From Candidatus Heimdallarchaeota archaeon (lineage in GTDB: Archaea > Asgardarchaeota > Heimdallarchaeia > Hodarchaeales > Hodarchaeaceae): 64,000 nucleotides of DNA. The notes beneath the pieces were generated by a model. The model had not been told where the DNA came from. It saw nothing but the letters and a program-made list of their open reading frames with translations, and searched no databases. The position numbers and the translations under genes were made by a program. Below, piece by piece: positions 21,863 to 32,406 of the stretch (position 1 is its first letter; each line of letters begins with the position of its first letter). The DNA lies in contig CP070695.1 of assembly GCA_020353515.1 (NCBI GenBank), positions 3,945,460-4,009,459 on the forward strand, read 5' to 3'.

Positions 21863-22534
21863 TTAAGACCTCAATCCTTCTTCAATCTGACGCCGCATTT
21901 CGTCGAGCTTCTTTTTATCAGCTTCACGTTTTTCAGTAACTGGTGCTTCTGATACAGGGGTGACTGGAGTGGGTGTTTCCGTTGCTGGTAAAGAACTTGT
22001 TGTCAATTCCGCTTCTAATTCGGCCATTTGTTGAGCAATTCTATCATCAGCTTCTACATCCATCCCGATTTCAGTGATCGAAGTATCAGTTAATGCTTCT
22101 TCCATGCCTGAAACCATTTCGATGGAATCTTCCAATGACATCATTACTTCTTCTGTTCTTTCAGGGGAAGCTGCATCAATATTGGCTTCAATAGCCGTTT
22201 GAGCTGAAGCTAAAGTTTCAGTTAGAGTAACATTATCTGCCGATACGTCTAGAGTATCAATCGTACGTTGTAGATTTGCAATTTTATTATGAGTATTTGA
22301 TACTTGGGTTAAGTAGAGTTCACGACGTTTTAGTGCTTGTTGAGCTCCCATTTTATTTCCAGATTTCATCAAAGTTCGAGCAAGTTCATATTGTTCATCA
22401 GCTTGCCGTTGATAATTACGAATTTTAACTTCCATTTGGTTGATGGTACGTTTGAGTTTAGCTTTCGTTTCAGTACTACCAGAGGGCTTTTTACCTGTTA
22501 GGAAACCTTTAAATCGTTTCACGGGGTAATTCAT
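21863..22534 (-). CDS. ESCRT-III, Vps20/32/60 (Snf7) class
   Basis: GNKMGAQQALKRR, acidic helices, MIM2-like LPATETPTPVTP. Confidence 0.88.
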   Translation of the reverse strand: MNYPVKRFKGFLTGKKPSGSTETKAKLKRTINQMEVKIRNYQRQADEQYELARTLMKSGNKMGAQQALKRRELYLTQVSNTHNKIANLQRTIDTLDVSADNVTLTETLASAQTAIEANIDAASPERTEEVMMSLEDSIEMVSGMEEALTDTSITEIGMDVEADDRIAQQMAELEAELTTSSLPATETPTPVTPVSEAPVTEKREADKKKLDEMRRQIEEGLRS

Positions 22535-22736
22535 CTCACTAAGTTCTTAATACTTAATTATAGTTCTTCTTAATTATAATTATAATTCTTTTTAGTTATA
22601 AACTTTCAGATGGTATTACTTAAAACTTTCCCATATGTACCCCTTAAAGACTGCAGATGTCTTGAATAAGCTGTTTATACAATGAAATAAACTTAGATTT
22701 TTTCGAGATCAAGTTAAAGAAGAATGTGACTGTAAC

Positions 22737-23465
22737 TCAGATCCCAGGAAAGGATAATACTATTCCGTCTAATGTTTCTGTCTTAATAGCTATTTTTTGT
22801 TTGGTTAATTGCGTGAGTGCTTGATTGACACGTTCTAATGTCCATGAAGTCTCTCGAACCAAATCAGTTAAACCAATTTCCCCCCGAAAACGAGCTGCTA
22901 GTTCTAAGATGATTTGATGATCTTGATTAAGGTTTGGATCAACAAAAATAATGACTTTCATCCCAGATAATTGACGGATTTCATGAATCATTCCATTTTT
23001 TACTAGCAGATTTAGTGCTTTTGTGATATCACCAAAGGGGGCTGTGATTCCTTGACTTTCATCGCTTAATTTTAAAGCCAATTCCGAGACACTTAAGAGA
23101 CCACCTGTTTGATTACGTAGCTGTTTTCCGATCTCAAGGATTCTTAACGCTAAGAAATTATGATATTCATCCTTTCCTTTCAATCGTTGCTTCAACCCAG
23201 GTTGTTTCCCTACCTCATAGATCCCAATCGCACGAGGAAGTCCCAATTCTTCCCGTAGTGCCATTAATTGTCGTGCTAATTCAGGATTTTTCTTAAGATC
23301 TGTCTGATATCGTTTTTCTAATTTCTGTAAATCCCTGTGCAGCTCTTGTACTTTTGAGCTCATCTCAGCTAAGGATTTCAGTGCTAGTTCTGCACCTTTA
23401 CGTTTCATTTCCGCTTCCTTAGTGAGTTTTTCTTCGATTCTACGTAATCCCATTCTTGTAATCAT
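22737..23465 (-). CDS. vps22: ESCRT-II Vps22/Vps36 (EAP30 domain) protein
   Basis: MGLRRI N-terminus, coiled coil, TGGLLSVSEL, LNQDHQIILELA, WTLERV. Confidence 0.85.
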   Translation of the reverse strand: MITRMGLRRIEEKLTKEAEMKRKGAELALKSLAEMSSKVQELHRDLQKLEKRYQTDLKKNPELARQLMALREELGLPRAIGIYEVGKQPGLKQRLKGKDEYHNFLALRILEIGKQLRNQTGGLLSVSELALKLSDESQGITAPFGDITKALNLLVKNGMIHEIRQLSGMKVIIFVDPNLNQDHQIILELAARFRGEIGLTDLVRETSWTLERVNQALTQLTKQKIAIKTETLDGIVLSFPGI

Positions 23466-23762
23466 CCCATCTATGTTTTCAAGTGGATCTTACACGATTT
23501 CATTTATAATTCTTTATAATCCGAACCCAAAAAATCATGTTTAGGATATTGTATTCTTGAATATCCGATTAACATTATATGGTTTCACCGCTAACAACAA
23601 TAAAATGGTTATTCACTTAGCTACTGTTTAAGTTCAGTTTTTTTATGTAGATATTTGATTATTCCATCTTTTAAAGACTGAGGCATATCATGTCCAGAGT
23701 TCGTATGCTTATAAACTTAATTTTACAGTTTTTACTTACTGGGATTGTACATAACGCTAGAG

Positions 23763-25088
23763 ATGACTTCACGGATGACAAGTCTTTATTGTTCATTTTG
23801 TGGCACAATGACTCATGAGTTGGATTCCCAGAAGTGTTCTGATTGTGGTGCGGCATTTTGTCCCCAATGTGCTTCTCAATTAAGAAACACTGGTTCACAA
23901 ATTAAATGTCCCTGTGGTTCAATTAATATCAAGGGTAGGTCCTCTGGACAAAACTCGAAAAGTGAAACTTTAGAACAAATTTTTGATTTAAAGCGATCCC
24001 TAAAGCAAGTTGCTTACCGTCCAGTCCTTGTACTCAAACGAACTGGTCATCTCGAATCAAGATTACGATCTTTTCGGAAACAATTTCTAATTCCAGGAAA
24101 TCAAATTGACAAGATTTTTCTTGAAACTAAAAAAATTGAAAATTTTACATTATCGGAATTTCAGGAATATTCAGCTAAATTAAATCGATTATATCGGAAT
24201 TTAATGGGATTAAATTCTTCCTTTACTGACCATCGGAACTTTTCCTTGCAACTGACTCTTTTTCAGAAACAAATTAGAAGCTTTGATCAGACTGTACAAG
24301 ACAAACTCCTACCAATTTATGATTTGATTGAACAAATGGAAAATAAATGTGATCAGTTTGAAGAAATGGCGCGACATCTTGGACGATGTTTTGATGCCTT
24401 TGTTTTCGTCCCTGGGGAATTAGTTATTGGTTATTTTGCTAATATAGAGTTACAGAATAGTCGGATCAGAAAGACTACCATTGATATTGTGATTACCACA
24501 GACAGAATTGTGCTACTCAAATGGAAGAGATTCAATCTAAGAGGTCAAAGAACAAAAAAATTTGATGAATTTCCTCCAGAAGATCTAATTGATGTTCAAA
24601 AAACGAAAATAGGCTTCTTTAAGCGTGATAAACTACAAATCACAACCATTCAACATGATTATGAGTTACGTACTGACGGAGATACCCTAATGCGGATTTT
24701 TGATGGCCTACAACTTAGTTATTACGGTAGGCCTAGTGAAATTTACGTCCATGAGCCCTTTCGTGATTGGTCCTCAGAAATTTATCAAGAAAAAATCCTT
24801 TCAGGACTCAATTTTCATAATAACAATAATGGATCTCCTGAACATTCTTCCAACCAAAATAAGGAACCTGACTTTGTAACTGGTGTACTAGATGATCGTC
24901 TTCGTGACCTCCGTCTACGTAAGCTAGCGAATGAAAAAGCGTTACAAGAACTAAAAGAAGGACGGAAAAAAGTATCTAGTCGAGATTACTTCGATTTGAT
25001 AAAGCAATTTGAATTAGAGCTAGCTAAAATTAATGAAGCAATTACTGAACTTCTTGTTAGAACTGGAAAAACAAATCTCTTAGGATGA
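23763..25088 (+). CDS. Zn-finger + coiled-coil + PH-like + helical C-terminal protein inside the ESCRT cluster
   Basis: CSFC/CSDC/CPQC/CPC; PGELVI...IVITTDRIVL PH-like core; C-terminal helical hairpin. Confidence 0.7.
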   Translation: MTSRMTSLYCSFCGTMTHELDSQKCSDCGAAFCPQCASQLRNTGSQIKCPCGSINIKGRSSGQNSKSETLEQIFDLKRSLKQVAYRPVLVLKRTGHLESRLRSFRKQFLIPGNQIDKIFLETKKIENFTLSEFQEYSAKLNRLYRNLMGLNSSFTDHRNFSLQLTLFQKQIRSFDQTVQDKLLPIYDLIEQMENKCDQFEEMARHLGRCFDAFVFVPGELVIGYFANIELQNSRIRKTTIDIVITTDRIVLLKWKRFNLRGQRTKKFDEFPPEDLIDVQKTKIGFFKRDKLQITTIQHDYELRTDGDTLMRIFDGLQLSYYGRPSEIYVHEPFRDWSSEIYQEKILSGLNFHNNNNGSPEHSSNQNKEPDFVTGVLDDRLRDLRLRKLANEKALQELKEGRKKVSSRDYFDLIKQFELELAKINEAITELLVRTGKTNLLG

Positions 25089-25113
25089 AAGAACTAATCC
25101 TACTGAAAATATT

Positions 25114-25743
25114 TTAGAGATTGCTCAACTCTCGTCGAAAATCTGAAAGCCATCTTGAAGTTTGTAACTCTAATTTTTGTAATTCATCTCTTTGTAAGAG
25201 TTGGCCTGGTTTTTGTGTATCCATCCACTTAATCCACTGATCGATGTCTTGAGTCACCCAGTGATTAGGACCATAAACACGAGATGATGTTAGAATGGAT
25301 ATAAGCTCATCTAAATACGGGAGAATTCGATCAACTGTAGCAATAGCTTCTAAACGAAGAAGATCAAGTAATTCAATCGCATTGGCCACGAATTCGGCAG
25401 CTATACGAGGTAACTTCTTAATTTGAGTATAATCAATCCGGTTGTGAGGTGTGTCATCAGTCCCCTCGGTTATACGAAGTTTCTCCAAACCATAAGGGAA
25501 TTGTTGGTCGAGCTTCTCAGATCGAATAAAGTCGTCTAAATCAAAATGAGATTCTGCTAACTTTGCTCTAATTGAAACAATCGTTGATAAAAGATTTTTA
25601 TGCTGTTTATGGAAAATATTAGGATCTAATTCACCTTGCTCATAAGATCGTGAAAGGAGATCTAGGGTTCCAATACTTGCATATAGCCGTCCTTCTAATT
25701 CCCAACGTTTCTCTAAATTAGGAGGAAATGTCATGGGTCTCAT
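25114..25743 (-). CDS. vps28: ESCRT-I Vps28-like protein
   Basis: LYASIGTLDLLSRSY, AEFVANAIELLDLLRL, VDRILPYLDEL. Confidence 0.82.
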   Translation of the reverse strand: MRPMTFPPNLEKRWELEGRLYASIGTLDLLSRSYEQGELDPNIFHKQHKNLLSTIVSIRAKLAESHFDLDDFIRSEKLDQQFPYGLEKLRITEGTDDTPHNRIDYTQIKKLPRIAAEFVANAIELLDLLRLEAIATVDRILPYLDELISILTSSRVYGPNHWVTQDIDQWIKWMDTQKPGQLLQRDELQKLELQTSRWLSDFRRELSNL

Positions 25744-25744
25744 C

Positions 25745-26485
25745 CTATCTTAAGTATTCTTCCTGTTTTTTAAGCATGTACAATTCTTTTGTATATTTTT
25801 TGTACAATCGAGAGTATTCAAAAATTGATATTTCCCCTGCTGCGTAACGGTCTTCTAATGACGCGAGGAGATCAGAAATAGCAATACGTTCTGTTTCAAG
25901 ATCATCTCGTTTTGATAGACTTGCTTGATCTAGACTCCGTGATGGTTGTGCCTGAACTACTTGTTGTGCACGAAATCGTGCTAATTCTTCATCTTTTTTC
26001 TGAATTTGTTGAGTTAGTGATTCTACTTCTGTTCGTAAAACTGTAGTTTCAGCAGAAGTTGTCTGAGGTTCAACGACAGGAGGCGTTTCAGTTAGCCTAG
26101 CAACTGTTTCTCGAGCTGATTTAGCCACTTCTCCTCGCGGAGTAGGAGGCACTCTTGACATCAAATTCTTTAATGCTATAACAACCTGATAAAGATGGAA
26201 TTCTGCACGCCAATTGTCTAAGATTCGTAATTGCACAAAGGAATCTTCATCAATGTTTGGGTGATCCATGTAACCAACTGCTGTTACAACAGGTGGAACA
26301 TTTGGAAAGTATTCTGGTAAAAAGATTTCAAAAGTAAACATATTCCTTCCCCGACTTGTTGTATAGGTCAATGTTCCTTGCCATCGTGCCAAGGAATCCC
26401 CTACAGGATTAAAACCAGAGGCAGCAGAATTGGAATAAACCAGTTGGGCCTCTCTAGCTAAGATAAAATCTCTATCCATGTTCAT
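25745..26485 (-). CDS. vps23: ESCRT-I Vps23/TSG101-like (UEV + coiled coil + steadiness box)
   Basis: E2 fold LPEYFPNVPP/HPNI without catalytic Cys; C-terminal LEDRYAAGEISIFEYSRLY. Confidence 0.85.
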   Translation of the reverse strand: MNMDRDFILAREAQLVYSNSAASGFNPVGDSLARWQGTLTYTTSRGRNMFTFEIFLPEYFPNVPPVVTAVGYMDHPNIDEDSFVQLRILDNWRAEFHLYQVVIALKNLMSRVPPTPRGEVAKSARETVARLTETPPVVEPQTTSAETTVLRTEVESLTQQIQKKDEELARFRAQQVVQAQPSRSLDQASLSKRDDLETERIAISDLLASLEDRYAAGEISIFEYSRLYKKYTKELYMLKKQEEYLR

Positions 26486-26812
26486 TTTAGCTCCTTTTTT
26501 CAAATTTAAGTTGAAATATTAATCGTGAGGTTTTTAATTTAAGTAAATGGTTTCTTTAGTTTGTGTACATCTGTACAAGATCTCTTAAAAAAGCCTCACA
26601 ATAAGGAACATTTAAAAGCTGTTGGTTCGTCTGAATATTGATTTTCTCCTATATGATCACTGTAATCACTGTAATATTCTATTTTCTGTTCCTTAAGAAG
26701 ATCACGACCCAAATATTAATGATTATCACTTTGAAAACTTAAGACTTCGCTTTAATCAATAATTTATATTCTTAAATTAAGTACTTTAAGAAAATAAACA
26801 TTTAGGAAGTGC

Positions 26813-28030
26813 TTACTTTCCTCTAGGTGGTTGTACAGAAGCTAGGAAATCAATAATTGCTTCACCTAGTAGTTCAAACGCCTTTTCTATATTTTCACCT
26901 GTTTTAGCACTACTTTGAAGAAAGTAAATTTTGAATCCGCGATATCTCTCTGAAATCTGCGATAATCGAGAAACAAACGCATGAGCTTTTGATTCAGACA
27001 CACATGGCATTCCTACTGAACATAAATCTGTTTTATTTCCTAAAACAATTAAAGGGACAGGACCTCTACCATTGTTACGCCATAGCTCATTCATCCATTT
27101 TACGATATTTTGGAAACTTTCAGGACGAGTCATGTCGAAAACGACCAGTGCACCTACCGCGGACATGTAATAAATTTTTCTGACATTATGAAAGCGTGGT
27201 TGTCCAGCCAAATCCCAAATCAAATATTTGATCTGTTTTCCTCCAGCATATACGATGTCAGATGTCTTGGCTGCTAGATCAGCACCTATAGTCATTTGAT
27301 AGTCGACTTTGAATCCTTCACCAAGGTATTGTCGTCGAATAGATGTCTTTCCTACAGCGCCATCCCCGATCAAGATAACTTTTAAGGTGTGATGTTCTTG
27401 AATAAGGGTTGCTTTGGCTGATGCAATTGCACGATCGATTTCAGTCCGTAATTCTGTGTTCTTCTGGATATTTCTTTCTGTATGCCTTTTTATAGCCTTT
27501 CCAATTTGAATTGCTAGTGTACTGACTTTATCTCGAGGAATATGTTTTGAAGTGACAATAGAAACAATAAATATCTCTTCAACTACAAAAAAATGGATTG
27601 TTTGAGATTCAAGAGTTAAAACTTCTACCAATTCACCCAATTTATACTGAGTATAATTTTTTATCACGTTCGACATAAAATTTCGTGATTCTTGGTAGTC
27701 GATCTTAGTTAATAATGGATAGTCAAATATCGGAGTACCACTGTACATGAAACACGAAATCAAGTAGATATCTTCCGTTTTTCTTGCTTCTAACCCAAAT
27801 TGCCTAAAATCTTCCAAATGATCCTTCTCTGTCTTTTCAGCTTCCGAATATGCTTCATCTAAGATACTTAGGTAATCTTTACGTCCAGACATGGCATCTT
27901 CGAGATTGACACGAACCTTGAGATAAAATTCTTCCATTTCATCAGCCCTTGCCTCATCAAGAACTTTATCCTCAAGGGATTTACTCCTAACTTCCTTTTT
28001 ATCCCTGTTTATGGGATTATTATTGTCCAT
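26813..28030 (-). CDS. Longin-like domain fused to Rab-like GTPase
   Basis: CFMYSGTPIF longin-like N-domain; GDGAVGKTS, WDLAGQ, NKTD, SAK. Confidence 0.85.
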   Translation of the reverse strand: MDNNNPINRDKKEVRSKSLEDKVLDEARADEMEEFYLKVRVNLEDAMSGRKDYLSILDEAYSEAEKTEKDHLEDFRQFGLEARKTEDIYLISCFMYSGTPIFDYPLLTKIDYQESRNFMSNVIKNYTQYKLGELVEVLTLESQTIHFFVVEEIFIVSIVTSKHIPRDKVSTLAIQIGKAIKRHTERNIQKNTELRTEIDRAIASAKATLIQEHHTLKVILIGDGAVGKTSIRRQYLGEGFKVDYQMTIGADLAAKTSDIVYAGGKQIKYLIWDLAGQPRFHNVRKIYYMSAVGALVVFDMTRPESFQNIVKWMNELWRNNGRGPVPLIVLGNKTDLCSVGMPCVSESKAHAFVSRLSQISERYRGFKIYFLQSSAKTGENIEKAFELLGEAIIDFLASVQPPRGK

Positions 28031-28235
28031 ATGAAGGAATAACTCCGATATTCGTTCAACAAGGGATTAGTATGTTTTTTTTTGACAATTATCTTAAAGA
28101 CACACAATCATCTTAAAGGCTTTATCTTTTAGTCTATAATTATGATGTTATAATTTATCTCAACATATTGAAGAAAACTAAAACTTTATGAAGAAAAGTA
28201 ATTTTATTACCCTCTCTCTAATCTAGAAAACGGAA

Positions 28236-29240
28236 ATGGAAGGAAAAAAGATGGGTGAACTTCTAGGTTCTTTAGATGATCAAATCATTATTTTTTTACA
28301 AACTTTCAGTCCATTACTCGATCCTATATTTGGATTAATCACTTTTTTTGGAGATAAACTGTTCGTTATAGGAATTTTAATCATAATTTTTTACTGTATT
28401 GATAAAAAGGTTGCTTTCCGTGCTGCCATTTTAGTAATATTTACTGCATTTGTTACATACTCATTAAAGGGAATATTTGCTCTTGAACGACCTTATCTTG
28501 AATATGAGAGATTGAATAAATCAGGAATAAAAGGAACTAAAGACATTTTAGGACAATTACCAACAGATTATACTTTTCCAAGTGGACATTCTTCAAATGC
28601 TGGATCCTTTTGGACATTTTTAGCCTCACGATGGCGTCATCTTGGTTTTGGGATTGTAGCGGTTGTTATGATAATAATGATTCCCCTTTCCCGCAGCTAT
28701 TTAGGTGTCCATTGGCCAACGGACATAATTGTTGGTGTCTTGTTGGGAATTTTGATCTCGTTACTCTTTATTTATTTGTTACCTAGAATTGAACAAATTA
28801 CTGCGAAATCTTCTACTTTAATTTTATTCTTGGTTGCTATAATAGCTCCAATATTAGCAGTTGTTATGTCATATGTATTTATAGTCTTATCAGGTCACGA
28901 TTTTGGACTTGCTGACACTACTACCTATGGAGGTTTATTTACAGGGTTATCATTGGGTTATATGTTTGAGGAACGATTCATCAATCTAAAAGTAAAAGAA
29001 TTTCGAAGGAATAAAAAGGTACTTATTTATCGAGGCATATTAGGGCTCAGTATTATCTTAGGTTTATATTTCAGTATGAGTGCAATATTTGAAGTACTGT
29101 TTAAAGGATTTCCACTTGAATATATTGCACGATTCTGCAGATATGCGATTCTAGCCTTTGCAGGGATCTTTTGTCTTCCATGGCTATTTGTCGTTATTGA
29201 ACGAAGACTTTCATTGGAACCTGGAGCTCCTACGGAATAG
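28236..29240 (+). CDS. PAP2-family membrane phosphatase
   Basis: KGIFALERP, FPSGH, SRSYLGVHWPTD. Confidence 0.92.
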   Translation: MEGKKMGELLGSLDDQIIIFLQTFSPLLDPIFGLITFFGDKLFVIGILIIIFYCIDKKVAFRAAILVIFTAFVTYSLKGIFALERPYLEYERLNKSGIKGTKDILGQLPTDYTFPSGHSSNAGSFWTFLASRWRHLGFGIVAVVMIIMIPLSRSYLGVHWPTDIIVGVLLGILISLLFIYLLPRIEQITAKSSTLILFLVAIIAPILAVVMSYVFIVLSGHDFGLADTTTYGGLFTGLSLGYMFEERFINLKVKEFRRNKKVLIYRGILGLSIILGLYFSMSAIFEVLFKGFPLEYIARFCRYAILAFAGIFCLPWLFVVIERRLSLEPGAPTE

Positions 29241-29345
29241 CGTGTTGATTTAAGTCCCAAAAGAAAACAGTTAAGAATATCCGTACAAAAAGTAATTTAA
29301 GCGTAATGAAATACGAAGATTTTATTATCCATTGAGAGGAAACGT

Positions 29346-30092
29346 ATGTCCGAGTCCGAATCTCTTCTTTGTCCCAATTGCAGTGAAAGAAGTCCAGGAG
29401 GCTATATTCTCTGCCCATACTGTGGCTTTGATTTAACAAAGATTGTACGTGAGAGAGAGCGGGTTCGGGTTACTTTTAGGGAAAAATTTTCAAGAATCTT
29501 CCGGAGCCTTGTTGATCCCAGAGAAAGTAAACGACTTTTTAATGAGATTGGAGTCAATCCAGATCGTTTAGGAGCCATTCTCGTTCTTTATTTTCTTTCA
29601 GTGGGCTATGGCTTAAGAGTCTCCGCATTATTCGCCAAAGGCGCGAATCCCTCTTGGCATGGGTGGGATTTCATGTTTTTCTTCATTGCACCTTGGTTCG
29701 TTGCAATTGGTTTTATTATTTTAGCTATATTTGGCTGGTTTATCTGTAGTTTAATCATCTGGTTGATTGCAAAAACCCTTGGGGGCAAAGCTAGCTTTCG
29801 TGACACTCAAGGAATTGTTGGGTACTCACTCGGACCTCTTATTCCTGCTTCTGTTATCATAAATGTCATAATTACTTTTATAGGACCTGGATTAGGAACA
29901 ATCACTACAACAACCTACACAAATTATACAATATTTGAATTATTATATATCCCCTTTCTGGTGCTTACGGCCTATCATTGTGGAAATGGAATACGAACAG
30001 CCCACTTACTTAACGAGTATTATTCTTATGGTATTGCAGGTGGCCTTACTCTTGTTTATACTTTACTTTTCCTAATACCAAATATTTTATAA
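29346..30092 (+). CDS. Zinc-ribbon + Yip1-domain membrane protein
   Basis: CPNC..CPYCG; LGGKASFRDTQGIVGYSLGP Yip1 motif; 5 TM. Confidence 0.82.
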   Translation: MSESESLLCPNCSERSPGGYILCPYCGFDLTKIVRERERVRVTFREKFSRIFRSLVDPRESKRLFNEIGVNPDRLGAILVLYFLSVGYGLRVSALFAKGANPSWHGWDFMFFFIAPWFVAIGFIILAIFGWFICSLIIWLIAKTLGGKASFRDTQGIVGYSLGPLIPASVIINVIITFIGPGLGTITTTTYTNYTIFELLYIPFLVLTAYHCGNGIRTAHLLNEYYSYGIAGGLTLVYTLLFLIPNIL

Positions 30093-30185
30093 TTTCAAAA
30101 ACAGAGTAGTTCATTCATTGGGCAGTAGAGATCAGCGTAAGCCATTTAAAGAGTAAAAAGGAATTTCTCTATAATAGACCAAATG

Positions 30186-31193
30186 CTAGTCCAAATTAAT
30201 CACGAATTTCAACGGAGCTGATAACGTGGGGTCAACGATTCGGAAAATCGCTCCTGATTCGAGGATATCCCCTACCTTCTCTTCAGAAAGAGTTATTTTC
30301 TGAGTCTGATGAAGTAGTGCCATTTCTGAGCTTAGATTGAAAGAGTATCGAAGTTGAGTCATAAAGTCACTAATTTGTTGGTCGGTTGGAGAACGAATAG
30401 GAATTGCTTGAAGTTGATAACGAGGTGAACATACAATACAGTCTTCACGACGTTCAAGAGGAACAGGAGTGAATATTCCTGCCTCCCCATCCCAAAACAG
30501 ATAGTTTTCTAATGGAGGTAATTCGAGAAGGATTTTAAGGGCTTCCTGAGCCATAAGACCGCCAATAACAAAAGATACACTAGACACGTAAGGAATATAT
30601 TCATCATTATCTTCATCTGATTGATTTTCTTTTCTCATGTCTCCAAAGGGAGTACAGGCTTTTTGAAGTTTCTCTTCAGGAATCAATGACTGACATTCCA
30701 AACAAGGGGTTTTTTGAGGAATGACTACTTGAAGATTCCCAAGAAAACTAAACATTCCTCCAGAAATTAATGGAATATTAGCCCCCACGGTAAAAGAGTT
30801 CACCCAACGTCGTGTTTGAAATGTGTCCAAACCATCAAGGATGACATTTGAAGCTTCGAGGACGTGTCGTGGAGCTTTTTCAATAGGCATGAATAATTCG
30901 ATAACATTTACTTCAGAGTTGAGTTCTTGAATAATTTGCGCACTGACTTTAACTTTCGGTTTTCCTATATCCCCCGCCCGATAAAATAATTGTCTATTTA
31001 AATTACTTAATTCGATAGTGTCCATATCGATTAGTATGAGTGTTCCTACTCCTGCCATAGCTAATGATGCAGCAGCAACACTACCCAGCGCTCCGAGCCC
31101 AACTAGAGACACGGTACTTTGTTTTATTTTTTCCTGATTCCAATGTTTGATCAGAAGCTGTCGATTATACCGTTCACTCATGAGGTTTCCCAA
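30186..31193 (-). CDS. Ubiquitin-activating E1-like enzyme with C-terminal Ub-fold domain
   Basis: RYNRQ, GLGALG, DMDTIELSNLNRQ, PCLEC...ACT, CIVC. Confidence 0.92.
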   Translation of the reverse strand: MGNLMSERYNRQLLIKHWNQEKIKQSTVSLVGLGALGSVAAASLAMAGVGTLILIDMDTIELSNLNRQLFYRAGDIGKPKVKVSAQIIQELNSEVNVIELFMPIEKAPRHVLEASNVILDGLDTFQTRRWVNSFTVGANIPLISGGMFSFLGNLQVVIPQKTPCLECQSLIPEEKLQKACTPFGDMRKENQSDEDNDEYIPYVSSVSFVIGGLMAQEALKILLELPPLENYLFWDGEAGIFTPVPLERREDCIVCSPRYQLQAIPIRSPTDQQISDFMTQLRYSFNLSSEMALLHQTQKITLSEEKVGDILESGAIFRIVDPTLSAPLKFVINLD

Positions 31194-31275
31194 CCTCCAC
31201 TTCAGCTTAAGGATTTAAAAGTACTTCACTGGATTTGTGGAGCAAGTTGCGAAACACTGTTCTGGGGACAGAGTA

Positions 31276-31521
31276 TTAGTTTGGAAAACCACCGGTAGTT
31301 CGTGTGATCATGTACAACTTATCCATGTCTTCTATTCCCGCAGACTTGAGAGTCTCGCTCTCATCTAGTTGTTTACCTTGGAAGACAAGAATAACTGAAC
31401 GAGCAGGGATTCGCTTTTCTTGAGCTACTCGTTCTTTAATAGCGGCCACAGAATCGGTTTTTTCGCATGGTAGAGTGATTTCTCCACCCCCAATGGCTTG
31501 AACAACATTAATCTGCATCAT
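31276..31521 (-). CDS. Ubiquitin-like protein (precursor ending GG-FPN)
   Basis: DSVAAIKERV, LVFQGKQLDESETL, RTTGG followed by FPN; start likely ATG 31521. Confidence 0.9.
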   Translation of the reverse strand: MMQINVVQAIGGGEITLPCEKTDSVAAIKERVAQEKRIPARSVILVFQGKQLDESETLKSAGIEDMDKLYMITRTTGGFPN

Positions 31522-31611
31522 GAATTCCTTCGTTACTTTGTCTAAGTAGACTATTTCCAACCTTTAAAATATATTGAATGTGGAACCTGAATGTGTATTC
31601 TGTCCCTTTGG

Positions 31612-32403
31612 TTAGTCATTATCTGAATCCAGAAACGTGATTCCGTGATTATTAATCTCAAATCGCAAAGTCTTTGTAGTGTGATTAGTCCCCCTCATTT
31701 TACTGATCCGTAGTATCCGAATTGTCTCCCCACGAACAGAAAGCATATCTAAGTTGATTATAGAATCGGCAATATATTCTTCCCCAAAAAGCGAATGATC
31801 CATACTCCCTGCCAATTCGGATATTGCGACAGTAGTCACATTTAGTGCAGCAATATTCGCGAGGAAGCCCGTTGTAAGCTTTCTGAGAAAACCAGAATCA
31901 TTACCATAATCATAAAATTGAAACGCGGCTAAAGGGTCGATTACAATCCTTTCTATCTTTTTTTCCTCTACAACTTGACTAATATGGTAGAATATTTTAT
32001 GAAGGAAGGTGGGGAGAGAGGTCTCATCATATGGAACTCCTTCCGCCTCAATCATCAGTTCCGATTCTTCTGCATATGTCAAACTGTCTGGATCCCACAG
32101 TTCCCACCCTGATGGAGTGAAATCGAGCATAGTAATCTTCTGAGGTTCTGCAAAAAAACTAGGATCAAAGAATGAAAAACCACTCGCATCCCTACGAATG
32201 GCCCAAGGTGGTTCTTGCATTGCAACCAATAATCCGTTTTCATTACGACGTGCTCCTTCAAACAAAAAATGTAAGCCAAAAATAGTCTTCCCTGCTCCAG
32301 CAGGACCAATCACTAAATTTGTTGTGCCCCGAATAAACCCACCTGATGTTAACGCATCTAAATAAGGAATACCTGAAGTTACTCGAATTTTTTGCTCAAA
32401 CAT
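31612..32403 (-). CDS. KaiC-like (RAD55) ATPase, single domain
   Basis: SGIPYLD, GPAGAGKT, RIVIDP, EEYIAD, ISKMRGTNH. Confidence 0.9.
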   Translation of the reverse strand: MFEQKIRVTSGIPYLDALTSGGFIRGTTNLVIGPAGAGKTIFGLHFLFEGARRNENGLLVAMQEPPWAIRRDASGFSFFDPSFFAEPQKITMLDFTPSGWELWDPDSLTYAEESELMIEAEGVPYDETSLPTFLHKIFYHISQVVEEKKIERIVIDPLAAFQFYDYGNDSGFLRKLTTGFLANIAALNVTTVAISELAGSMDHSLFGEEYIADSIINLDMLSVRGETIRILRISKMRGTNHTTKTLRFEINNHGITFLDSDND

Positions 32404-32406
32404 TTT

